A stretch of DNA of 64,000 nt from Polyangiaceae bacterium (GTDB lineage: Bacteria > Myxococcota_A > Polyangia > Polyangiales > Polyangiaceae), in assembly GCA_965222375.1 (NCBI GenBank), contig CBDCTZ010000015.1, forward strand, positions 768,001-832,000, given 5' to 3'. A program made the translations under genes and the position numbers. Below are positions 47,679 to 56,863 of this stretch, in pieces. The notes below the pieces were generated by a model, which saw only the letters and a list, made by a program, of their open reading frames with translations, made no database searches and was not told where the DNA came from. Position 1 is the stretch's first letter. Each line of letters opens with the position of its first letter.

Positions 47679-47897
47679 ATTTTCAAGTCACAAGCCTACG
47701 GGACCTATCTGGGCGGCAGCGGCACTGCGCAGAAAGAGGACGAGCGCGAACGCGATCTGGACATCGGCGAAAGTGGCAGCATCGTCGTCGTCGGTACCAC
47801 GAAGTCGAGCGACTTCCCGATCGTCGGCGCGGCGCAGCAGTCCAAGGCGGGCGGCGCGGGAGACGGTTTTGTGAGTATTTTTCGCGTGGCGCCGTAG
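47679..47897 (+). pseudogene. Orphan C-terminal SBBP-type propeller fragment
   Basis: YGTYLGGSG...DLDIGESGSIVVVGTTKSSDFP...DGFVSIF* with no plausible start. Confidence 0.7.
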
Positions 47898-48036
47898 CGC
47901 TTGGCGTTTCTTCGAGGGAGAGGTCATAGTGGTCACGAAACAAAGTTTGCGACGTTCCCATGTTGCTCGGCTCAGTCAGTGACACATGGCTGAATATCTA
48001 GGCCGCGCGGCGCCGCGCGTCTGCTTGCGGTTTCTG

Positions 48037-49284
48037 ATGCGAAACTCGGTTATTGGCGTCCTAGTGGCAATCGGCGTGTCCGGGTGCGGCAGTGACTCCA
48101 CCGACCCTGGCGGCGGCGGCTCGGGCGGCGCGAGCGGTTCTTCTACTGGGGGCAGCAGTTCCGGGGGCTCGGCGGGTACGAGCGGTTCGGGCGGCGTCAG
48201 TGGCGCGGGCGGTTCCAGTGGCGCCACGGGAGGGGCATCAGGCAACTCCGGGTCGGGCGGTTCGGGTGGAACGAGTGGGGCGTCGGGCACTTCCGGATCG
48301 AGCGGTTCGGGCGGCGCGAGCGGCGGACTTGGAGGCGGCAGCGGTGGCTCTGCCGGGTCGGGCGGAGCTTCCGGCGGGACGGGTGGTTCCAGCGGTTCAG
48401 GCGGCTCCAGCGGTGGTCCGGGGCAGCACGTGGTTCTGTTCGGCGGCTGCATCAACAAGTGTTGGAACTTGCTCGACGACACCTGGATCTGGTCCGCCGG
48501 CAAGTGGACCCAGCGAACCCTCACCACGCATCCCGCCGCTCGGAACTATCACGCGATGACAGCCGCGAAGGGCAAGGTCGTTCTCTTCGGCGGTTTTGAC
48601 GGTAGCAAAGCGTTTGGAGACACTTGGACGTGGGACGGAAAAGCGTGGAAGCAAGTCAACGTGTCAGGTCCACCACCCCGAGACGATCACGCCATGGCGA
48701 CCTACAAAGACCAGGTCGTTCTCTTCGGTGGCTTCGCCGCTGGCAAGCACCTCAACGACACGTGGGTGTGGAATGGCACGCAGTGGACAGAACAAAAGGT
48801 CCCGCTCAGTCCTCCCGGTCGACGCGCGCATGCCCTGGCAGTCCAAAACGGTGAGGTGGTGTTGTTCGGTGGTTGGACCGGGGACACTGCGCTCGGTGAC
48901 ACCTGGACGTGGAACGGGTCCACCTGGACGCAGCGCACGCCAAGCTCCAGCGCTCCGGCGCGCGGTGGGCACGGGCTGGCAGCGGTTGCAAAAGAAGTCG
49001 TCCTTTTTGGCGGCGACAGCGCAGTCACCGCTTTGGGGGACACCTGGTCGTGGAATGCCGTTAACTGGGCCCCACGGAAACCCGGCACTGCTCCTGGGAT
49101 CCGTTCGCAATTCGCCATGGCGACTTTCAATGGGCAAGCCCTGCTTTTCGGGGGTCGGGACGGCGCCAACGCCTTTAGTCCCGACCTCGACGACACCTGG
49201 TCGTGGAACGGAGTGAACTGGACCAAGCTGGGCGTGTCGGGTCCTGTCGGCCGTCGGCTGGCCGCGATGGCGACACTGCCGTGA
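48037..49284 (+). CDS. Kelch-like beta-propeller lipoprotein
   Basis: Lipobox VSGC; about 100-aa Gly/Ser linker; six xxLFGG...DTWxW repeats. Confidence 0.92.
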   Translation: MRNSVIGVLVAIGVSGCGSDSTDPGGGGSGGASGSSTGGSSSGGSAGTSGSGGVSGAGGSSGATGGASGNSGSGGSGGTSGASGTSGSSGSGGASGGLGGGSGGSAGSGGASGGTGGSSGSGGSSGGPGQHVVLFGGCINKCWNLLDDTWIWSAGKWTQRTLTTHPAARNYHAMTAAKGKVVLFGGFDGSKAFGDTWTWDGKAWKQVNVSGPPPRDDHAMATYKDQVVLFGGFAAGKHLNDTWVWNGTQWTEQKVPLSPPGRRAHALAVQNGEVVLFGGWTGDTALGDTWTWNGSTWTQRTPSSSAPARGGHGLAAVAKEVVLFGGDSAVTALGDTWSWNAVNWAPRKPGTAPGIRSQFAMATFNGQALLFGGRDGANAFSPDLDDTWSWNGVNWTKLGVSGPVGRRLAAMATLP

Positions 49285-49375
49285 CGCATGTGCTCCGTAC
49301 GGGGAGCGCGCCGACTAGGCCCCGGGTGGGAGTAGTGGCCCAGAGTGCCCCTGCGAACCGACCCCAAAACGTCGT

Positions 49376-49986
49376 CTAGTTGCAGTGAAACACCGAGGTT
49401 CCCGCGCCGATTCCCATCGCTGAGTTCGTCCCAGTGGGCCCGCTGGTCGTAGTGAAAACGCTCGGGAATTGTTTGGTGCCTGAACACGTCGTGAACAGAC
49501 GTCCGCTGAACTTCCGTCCCTCACACTCGATCACTATCTCGTCGTCGGAAGCACCTCGGGTCACGTCCAGTGTGACGCTGGCGGACTGAAACGTCGCGCG
49601 GGGCAGGACACAGTGCCAGCGCCCGTGTAGCGGAAGCACAAGGAGTCACGCTTCTTTACGGTAACGTCGTATTGCGGATCGTCCGTTCCAAAGACCGGTG
49701 AGCCAAAGGTCGCCACCGTACTGCCATCCTGTGACGAGCAAGAGAGGTTGTCTGCCGACCAGTTGCCAGGCGACGAGAACGCGTTGTCGATGCAGGCGTT
49801 GGCTTCCGCTGACAGGCGTCTGTAGCAGTTGTCCGTGTCATCGAAGAACGCGCAGAGCGACTCCCCGCCCGATGCTTCGTCGATGCTCGAACAGGAGGAA
49901 CCCCTGAGGAGCAGCGCGGCGAGGAGGATGCATCGCGTTGGACATCCCCGAAAGCCTGATCGAATCGCAGTTTGACTTGTGCTCAT
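49376..49986 (-). pseudogene. Cys-containing exported protein split by a 1-nt deletion near 49606
   Basis: ORF 49561-49986 (..GAGTVS) continues as LPRATFQSASVTLDV...FHCN in ORF 49376-49639 if tcctg is read as tccctg. Confidence 0.65.
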
Positions 49987-50158
49987 CCCCCATGTGCGTC
50001 GCGCGGGAGTCGCTTATTCCCTTCAGAATCGGACGCTGTACGGTTCCCATGGGTCGGTGCGGCAAGTTCCGTTTTTTTTGCCAAAAGCTCCCGCGCTGCC
50101 TGCCTGTGACGCACCCTGCGAAAGCGCCGGGGAAGCGCAGACGCGGGAGGCAAGGCGC

Positions 50159-50902
50159 CTACAGGTTGTCAATGCAGGCGCAGGTGTAGCTGTTGATGTA
50201 GAAGGTTGTGTTCTGTACCTTCTTGGTTTCATTTGGGATCCCCGCACAGCCCGAGTAGCCGTAGGTCGTGCTGCCCAACCCGCTGCGATAGGTCACCTTG
50301 GCTCCGGCTTTCACGTCCCCATTGACTGTGCTCCAGGGGTATTCGTCGTCGCAGCCGAGTCCATCCGCCGCGCAGATCTCGTCGCAGGTTTGGGTGGCTG
50401 GCGCATCGGCGCCCTTCTTGATGTGGGGAGAATCACAGCAACAGGAAACTAAATTCAGTCCGACGCCGTTGTTGCTTGCCTCTGGTACGGTATTGCAATC
50501 GTTGAGGTCAACCTGAGTCGCCGAATCGCCCTTGCCGTACTTGGCGTAGCCCAGGTAGGGCTTGCCGGTGCACACACCGCCGCAAGTGAGCGATAGCTTT
50601 GCATAGTCACCACAGACCTCGCTGCACGACTTGACGTCGTAGCTAGTCTTGGACACCTTTCCCATTCGTTTCGTCGGCGCGGCATCCACACCTGCGTCGG
50701 CGGCACCGGCTCCCGATGCTCCAGCGCTACCAGCACCCCCAAACGCACCAAATCCACCAAAGGCGCCGCTACCACCTGTTCCCGCGACGGCACCCGCCCC
50801 GGCACTGCCGCCGCCGTCGCTTGGGCTACTGCTACAGGCGAAAACTGAACAAGAAATGGCTGAGCCCAAGAATAGATGAGTGAAGAAATTGAGGTGCTTC
50901 AT
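50159..50902 (-). CDS. Lipoprotein with duplicated Cys-rich domain
   Basis: GGAAGGA RBS; VFAC lipobox; SCSEVC...SCCC and TCDEIC...TCAC halves. Confidence 0.85.
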   Translation of the reverse strand: MKHLNFFTHLFLGSAISCSVFACSSSPSDGGGSAGAGAVAGTGGSGAFGGFGAFGGAGSAGASGAGAADAGVDAAPTKRMGKVSKTSYDVKSCSEVCGDYAKLSLTCGGVCTGKPYLGYAKYGKGDSATQVDLNDCNTVPEASNNGVGLNLVSCCCDSPHIKKGADAPATQTCDEICAADGLGCDDEYPWSTVNGDVKAGAKVTYRSGLGSTTYGYSGCAGIPNETKKVQNTTFYINSYTCACIDNL

Positions 50903-50981
50903 GCGTCGTCCTTCCAACCCCAAGACAACGCACGGCCAGCCAGAGTGGCGCAAAGTTTCTGCTAATTTGTTGAAATTGCAG

Positions 50982-51857
50982 CTATTTTTCGAGTAGACGT
51001 GGCAGCGACAAATCCAGTTGGCTCTGCACCAGGGACAGCAATCCCCGAAGGTCCTCAGCAGGCAGCGACAGCTGCTGCGCAAGCCGCTGCATCGTGTGAT
51101 CGAACACAGCGCTCCGCGCCTGGCTCAACCAGCGGACGACCGTGCTCCGATCCACCCGATAGGTCCTGGCTAGCTGCGCGAGGGTGACTCCCTCGACGAT
51201 ATGGAGACGGAGCAGGTTGCGCTCGCGCACGCTGAGCTGCTCGAGGCTGGCCTCGAAGGCGTCCTTGAATTCTCTTCTGTAGCGAGCCTTCAGAACCGAG
51301 AGCTCCGGGCTGTCGGCCAAGTCCACCGCCTGGCTCAGGAGGTCTGAGTCCATGTCTTGGCGTTTCTGGTCTCGCAGTGTCGAGATCGCCATCCGACAGG
51401 CGGATACGCGGATCAAGCCCCGCAAGGAACCCCCGCCCACGTAGCGATGGAGCAATGCGTCTCGCTGGTCCTTCACGAGCAGCTTGGCTCGAAGCGACTG
51501 CTGAATGTCGCGCACCGTCGCATCCGGCAGTGCGAAACGCGCTAGCGCCAGAGGCACTTCTTCGAAGTAGGTCTTGTCCACCGCACGAATCGCTTCAGGA
51601 AGATCCGCATGGCAAGCGGCGAGCAGGTAGAGCTCGGCAGCTTCTTCCCGGGAGAGCGCGACCAGCTGATCCACCTTCACGCGGGCACCCAAATAGCCCC
51701 CGAACTGCTCAGGCGTCAGAGTGAAACGCGGCCAACGCTCCGCGCCCGCTTCAAAGGCGGCATCCAAGGCAGTGTCGACCTGGGTGTCAGGAGCGGCAGA
51801 CATCCCGGCAGCTTGTGCGGACGATCGGTAGGCTGAACCAAGCACACTCTCCGCCAT
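50982..51857 (-). CDS. Myxococcales-family sigma-70 (ECF-like) factor
   Basis: ELYLLAAC...LRAKLLV...YVGGGSLRGLIRV...LSVRERNLLRLHIVEGVT..LARTYRVDRSTVVRWL; start may be 51803. Confidence 0.88.
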   Translation of the reverse strand: MAESVLGSAYRSSAQAAGMSAAPDTQVDTALDAAFEAGAERWPRFTLTPEQFGGYLGARVKVDQLVALSREEAAELYLLAACHADLPEAIRAVDKTYFEEVPLALARFALPDATVRDIQQSLRAKLLVKDQRDALLHRYVGGGSLRGLIRVSACRMAISTLRDQKRQDMDSDLLSQAVDLADSPELSVLKARYRREFKDAFEASLEQLSVRERNLLRLHIVEGVTLAQLARTYRVDRSTVVRWLSQARSAVFDHTMQRLAQQLSLPAEDLRGLLSLVQSQLDLSLPRLLEK

Positions 51858-51952
51858 CTCGCAGGTCCCGAGCTGAGCCTAACGCCCGGACACTGACGGA
51901 TACCAACAAAACCGGCACCACTCTCCGAAGCAACCGCTAGGCTTTGGCGCCT

Positions 51953-54739
51953 GTGAAGTGTCTGAGCGATGCCCAAGTGAGTGCGTTCGTCGAGGGGTTA
52001 CTCGACGCGGACGAGCTGACGGATGTGGATACGCACCTCGACTCTTGCCCGACATGCCGCAAGCTGGTCGCCTCGGCCGGGCAACTGACTGACCCGTCTT
52101 CGATGGATCTTTCTCCAGGCGCACGAGTTGGTCGCTACACCGTGCTCCAACGGGTGGGCGCAGGCAGCATGGGGGTCGTATACAGCGCCTACGACGCTTC
52201 CCTCGATCGCCGAGTAGCACTGAAATCGTTACTCTCCGCAAGCCTCGAAGACGATCTTGGCGACGGGGGTCAGATCCAGGCCGAGGCACAGGCCCTCGCC
52301 AAGTTGTCGCACCCCAACGTGGTGCATGTCTACGAGGTGTTTCGTCACGGCGATCGAACCTTCCTGAGCATGGAGTACGTGGAAGGGTCGACGTTGTCTG
52401 AGTGGATAGATCAGTCAGACCGCAGCCGTGAAGATATCCTTCGGGTGCTACTCGACGCGGGCGCCGGGCTTTCTGCCGCTCACCAAAGTGGACTCGTTCA
52501 CCGCGACATCAAGCCCGACAACATCTTGATCGGGGCGGACGAGCGCCCACGAGTGAGTGACTTTGGGTTGGCACGTATTGCTGGCACAGTTAGCGTGGAG
52601 GCAGCCGTACCGGACCTGCTCCAGACCCAGACCCTGCGCACGCAAACGGGTCTGTGTGCAGGCACGCCCGCGTACATGGCGCCAGAGCAACTAGAGGGCA
52701 GCCCAGCCACGGAAAAGTCCGATCAGTTCGGCTTCGCGGTCGTGGCCTACGAAGCGCTGACCAAGACTCGGCCATTTCCGGCCAAGACCCTGGAGCAGCT
52801 ACGGGAACGCTTGCAGCAGGAGCCAGAGCGTCCCTCGATGACGGGCTTTTCTGGACACGAAAGGGCGGTGCTTGCCGCGCTGCGACGCGGCCTGGACCCG
52901 GATCCTGCTCGCCGGTTCGGGTCGCTCAGCGATTTGTTGCAGGCGCTGGCACCTCCCAAGGGCAAGGCTTCTCGCTTCGGCACAGCAGCAGTCGTCGTTG
53001 GCTTGGTGGCCGTCGCGGGCGCGGTGTGGGCGCGCAGCGACGGCGAGGCCGGCTGCAGCGGGGCAACGGCTTTGGTTCAGGCAAGCTGGAGCGAAACCCA
53101 AAAACAGTCTGTCCGGGCGCGCTTCAAGCAGGTGCGCCCCAGCTATGGTGCCGCGGCCGCGGACACCGTTGGACGGCTCCTCGATCGCTACGCCAAGGCA
53201 TGGGAAGAGTCTCGCACCGCAGCGTGCCTCGAGACCCAGGTGCGCAAAGAGCAGTCTGCGACGCTGCTTGATCGGCGCATGCAGTGTCACGATGATCTGC
53301 TCGCGGAACTCAGTGCATTGGTCGGCTTGTTCGAGAGAGCTGACACGAAACTCGTTGCCCGCGCAGTGAATGCGGCTAGCGGGCTGCGCCCCATCAGTCG
53401 CTGCTCGCGAGCCGCGCTATTGGCTGAGGGTGCGCTGCCTAGCGCGCCGGAAGAACGAGCTGCCACTATCGCGCTCCGAGAGCTACTGGTGCGCGTCCGA
53501 ACCGACAAACTCGCTGGGCATTACAAGAAGGCCGAGAGCGAGCTGCGTGAGGCGCTCTCCGGAAAAGATACTGCTCTGCGACACCAAGCGACAAAGGCGG
53601 AAGCGCTGGCCTTGCTCGGGGACGTAGAAAAGAAGCTCGGAATGCGGTCGAAAGCCGAGCGCAACCTAGAGCGGGCAGTGTTCGCTGGCGAAAACGGAGG
53701 CAACCCGACCGCCGCCGCGATGGCCGCGGTGAGCCTCATCGGAGTGCTCCGACAGGACGCAAGTCGTCACAAAGAAGCCGAGCACTGGGCGCGCCACGCA
53801 GAGCGCGCCCTGGAAGCGGCTGGCTCGCCTAGCCAACTGCAGGCGGACTTTCACCTCGGCCTGGGGAACTTTGCCCTATCGAAGGGCAAAGACCCGACGA
53901 AGCACTACGAGACCGCCCTGTCCGTGGTTCGCCAAGAGCGAAAGCCCGCAGGGGCCCAAGAAGCTCTGGCGCTGCACAACCTCGCTATCGCCCATTCAAT
54001 CCAAGGGCGGCTTCCGAAGGCTCTGAAGGCGCACCGCCAGGCGCTGCAGCTGCGGCGACGGCTGCTGAGCGCAGACCATCCGGAGGTTGCAGAGTCGATT
54101 CACAGCATCGCCAACGTGCTCAACCGTCAGGGAAGATTCTCTGAGGCCGTGGACGAGTACCGGCGCGCGCTTGGAATCGCCCGCAGAAGCCTGGGGCCAA
54201 CCCACCCCGCGATCGGCGACTTCCTCGGCAACATGGCGACGGCGCTGCTCGAACTCGGGCGCTATGCGGAAGCACGCAAGGCTCTGCAGGAGGCACGCAC
54301 CATTCTGACCCGAGCCTTCGGAAAGGAGAGCTCGGATCTGGGTTACGTCTACGTCACCCTCGGTGACGTGGCAGTAAGGCAAGAGCACGCCCGCGAAGCC
54401 AGTGACTACTACGGGCGAGCCATCGCGATCTGGACACGCAAGCTTGCCTCGAATCATCCCGAACTTGCGGCTCCCCTCGCCGGTATGGCAGAAGCCAAAC
54501 TGCTTCTGGGTGAGCGTGACGCAGCCATCGAGTTCGGCCAGCGCGCCCTCGGCCTAGTGGAGAAAGAAAGTGGCCGAAATCGGATCCGCGCGCAGGTGCG
54601 CTTCGTTCTCGCACGTGCGCTGTATCCGAGGGATCCAGAACAGGCTAGAGCGTTGGCCAAGCGCAGCGCCTCCGACTTCCAACCGGGTTCACCTGGACGC
54701 CGCAAAGCCGAAGCTTGGCTGCAGCAGCATGAGAATTGA
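51953..54739 (+). CDS. Ser/Thr kinase with N-terminal anti-sigma zinc finger, TM helix and TPR array
   Basis: HLDSCPTC; GAGSMGVVY, HRDIKPDN, DFGLAR, GTPAYMAPEQ; kinesin-light-chain-type TPRs (DHPEVA, THPAIG). Confidence 0.96.
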   Translation: MKCLSDAQVSAFVEGLLDADELTDVDTHLDSCPTCRKLVASAGQLTDPSSMDLSPGARVGRYTVLQRVGAGSMGVVYSAYDASLDRRVALKSLLSASLEDDLGDGGQIQAEAQALAKLSHPNVVHVYEVFRHGDRTFLSMEYVEGSTLSEWIDQSDRSREDILRVLLDAGAGLSAAHQSGLVHRDIKPDNILIGADERPRVSDFGLARIAGTVSVEAAVPDLLQTQTLRTQTGLCAGTPAYMAPEQLEGSPATEKSDQFGFAVVAYEALTKTRPFPAKTLEQLRERLQQEPERPSMTGFSGHERAVLAALRRGLDPDPARRFGSLSDLLQALAPPKGKASRFGTAAVVVGLVAVAGAVWARSDGEAGCSGATALVQASWSETQKQSVRARFKQVRPSYGAAAADTVGRLLDRYAKAWEESRTAACLETQVRKEQSATLLDRRMQCHDDLLAELSALVGLFERADTKLVARAVNAASGLRPISRCSRAALLAEGALPSAPEERAATIALRELLVRVRTDKLAGHYKKAESELREALSGKDTALRHQATKAEALALLGDVEKKLGMRSKAERNLERAVFAGENGGNPTAAAMAAVSLIGVLRQDASRHKEAEHWARHAERALEAAGSPSQLQADFHLGLGNFALSKGKDPTKHYETALSVVRQERKPAGAQEALALHNLAIAHSIQGRLPKALKAHRQALQLRRRLLSADHPEVAESIHSIANVLNRQGRFSEAVDEYRRALGIARRSLGPTHPAIGDFLGNMATALLELGRYAEARKALQEARTILTRAFGKESSDLGYVYVTLGDVAVRQEHAREASDYYGRAIAIWTRKLASNHPELAAPLAGMAEAKLLLGERDAAIEFGQRALGLVEKESGRNRIRAQVRFVLARALYPRDPEQARALAKRSASDFQPGSPGRRKAEAWLQQHEN

Positions 54740-54742
54740 GCC

Positions 54743-55297
54743 ATGTCCTTCCCCCATCGCTTCTATTTCCTCCGGCACGGCGAGACGGCGTGGAACCGCG
54801 CGCGCCGCACCCAGGGTCAGCTCGAAAGCGAGTTGAACGACGCCGGGCGCGCCCAGGCGGCCCGCGCAGCCGAGTTGCTGGCACACGAGCCCATAACAGC
54901 GATCATCGCCAGCCCGCTCTCCCGCGCCCGCCACACCGCCGAAGCCGTCGCCGCCCACCACGAAGTTCCGTTGACCTTCGACGACGGCCTCATGGCGTGC
55001 CACCTTGGCGGCCTCCAGGGCGGCCCGCACGGCCCCTGGCTGGCCGACTACTGGACCGGCGATTTCGATCCGCCCGGCGGCGAAACCTTCTATGAGTTTT
55101 CCGACCGCGCCTGGTCCGCCATGCGGGCCGCCGTCACTCCCAGCCCCAACCGCCTGATCGTCGCCCATGGTGGTCTTTGGCTCGCCGCCCATCGCTTCAC
55201 TCGTATAGAGCCGCCGCTGGTCCCGCCTCGCAACGCCAACCCGATCCGCATCACGCCGCACGCCGACGGCTGGGCGGCCGAGCAGCTTGGCGACTGA
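54743..55297 (+). CDS. Histidine phosphatase (phosphoglycerate-mutase-like)
   Basis: LRHGETAWN, ASPLSRA, VAHGG. Confidence 0.93.
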   Translation: MSFPHRFYFLRHGETAWNRARRTQGQLESELNDAGRAQAARAAELLAHEPITAIIASPLSRARHTAEAVAAHHEVPLTFDDGLMACHLGGLQGGPHGPWLADYWTGDFDPPGGETFYEFSDRAWSAMRAAVTPSPNRLIVAHGGLWLAAHRFTRIEPPLVPPRNANPIRITPHADGWAAEQLGD

Positions 55298-55548
55298 AGG
55301 CTCGAGAGGACCCAAGTACTCGCGAGGGATGCGTAGGTGTCACTACGGCGACTGTTTGTCCGCGAGGAACCATTGCGCGCTGTCCGCTTCCTTGACGAGA
55401 GATCCCTTGGCCTCGATTGACCGCAGCGCGCCGCGAAGCCTTGAGGTCTCGGCGACACGGTGCGATTCGGGACCAGAGCTCCTGCGCGGATCGTCCGGGG
55501 TGCGAGGGCGGCTACCCAGGCTCGGGCCGGCATGGCATATTTCGAGTC

Positions 55549-56826
55549 ATGCCGCCTCGCCGCGCCTCGCTACTCGCTCTACCGCTCGGGGTCGCCGCGG
55601 TTGCCGTCGCGTGCGCTGAGGAACTGCCCCCACCTGAGAACGCAGGTGGCACCGGAGCGGGTACGAGCGGGGGTGCGGCGGGCAGCAGCGGGAGCTCTGG
55701 CGCAAGCGGTAGCGGCGGGAGCAGTGGCGACGCTGGTTGCGTTTGCTCGCCCAGCAATGCGACGGGCTCTTGTGATACGGGGTCTTGTGTCGTTGTTTCG
55801 TGCAAGTCGGGTTTCGGCGATTGCGACGGCAAAGACGACAACGGCTGCGAAGAGGCGCTGAATGTCGACGGCAATTGCGGCGCTTGCGGGCGGAGTTGCT
55901 TGGGCGCAGCGTGCACTGCGGGAGCTTGCGAAGCGATCACCTTGGTGTCTGGGCTTACGGACCCCTGGGGCGTGCTCGTCGACGACACTCACGTCTACTT
56001 TTCGGACTTCAAGGACGGCTTCATCGACCGGGCCAGCAAGGTGGACGGCTCGGGTCGCACGTCCCTCGCGAGCGGGTACCCCTCGACGTGGTTCATGGTC
56101 CGGGATGGCGGGTACATCTACTTCACCACGCGAGCCGGTCAGACCGTTGATCGCGTTTTGGCGGATGGCAGCGCCCAGGCCGAAACCTTCCTGAGTCCCG
56201 GCGTGAAGACGTCGGGGCTGGTCATCGATTCGGGGACCATCTACTTCACGCAGTCGGAACTCGCGGCGTTCGTTTGGCGCGCCCCGAAAAAGAAAGGCGC
56301 CACCGCCGTCAAACTGGTAACGCAACAGGATACACCCCTCGGAATCGCCGTGGACGACACCAACGTTTACTGGGGCAGCGGTTCGAACCTCGGCAGTGGT
56401 GAAGTACGTCGGGTCAAGAAGAACGTGAGCCCGGAGACGCTATCCGGTCAGCAGGTCGCCACCAGCCAGGGGAGCGTGCGCGGCGTGCTGCTCGACTCGA
56501 AGAGCGTGTACTGGACGAGTGACGACTCGGGGCACGGTCGCGTCACTCGGTACAACATCGCCACCGCGAATGTGGAGGCACTCGCCGTCACGGAGCCCGC
56601 CGAGTACGCTGTCGTTGACGGCAAGTACATCTACTGGGCAGCCAGCGATGACACGGCCGGACACATCTATCGACTGGAAAAGGATTACGCGCCGACCGCG
56701 GCGCCCGCCCCGGTGGTGAAGCTCTTCTCGGAAGCCGGAGCGAAGCCGCATGACATCGCGGTGGACGCAACAGCTTTGTACTTCACCGACGACGGCAAGG
56801 GGCGCGTTCTCAAGATCGCGAAGTGA
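55549..56826 (+). CDS. Lipoprotein with Cys-rich segment and beta-propeller
   Basis: AVAC lipobox; DCDGKDDNGCE...NCGACGRSC; repeated xAVDxTxVYW/F. Confidence 0.88.
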   Translation: MPPRRASLLALPLGVAAVAVACAEELPPPENAGGTGAGTSGGAAGSSGSSGASGSGGSSGDAGCVCSPSNATGSCDTGSCVVVSCKSGFGDCDGKDDNGCEEALNVDGNCGACGRSCLGAACTAGACEAITLVSGLTDPWGVLVDDTHVYFSDFKDGFIDRASKVDGSGRTSLASGYPSTWFMVRDGGYIYFTTRAGQTVDRVLADGSAQAETFLSPGVKTSGLVIDSGTIYFTQSELAAFVWRAPKKKGATAVKLVTQQDTPLGIAVDDTNVYWGSGSNLGSGEVRRVKKNVSPETLSGQQVATSQGSVRGVLLDSKSVYWTSDDSGHGRVTRYNIATANVEALAVTEPAEYAVVDGKYIYWAASDDTAGHIYRLEKDYAPTAAPAPVVKLFSEAGAKPHDIAVDATALYFTDDGKGRVLKIAK

Positions 56827-56863
56827 TTAGAGCGCGATCCGCTGTCAGCGCTCACGGCCCGCG

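Noticed and set aside
48009..48025. Sigma54-like box upstream of the Kelch gene (also 45524-45540 and 63935-63948)
   Set aside because: The -24 GG is missing or the spacing is not 10 nt.
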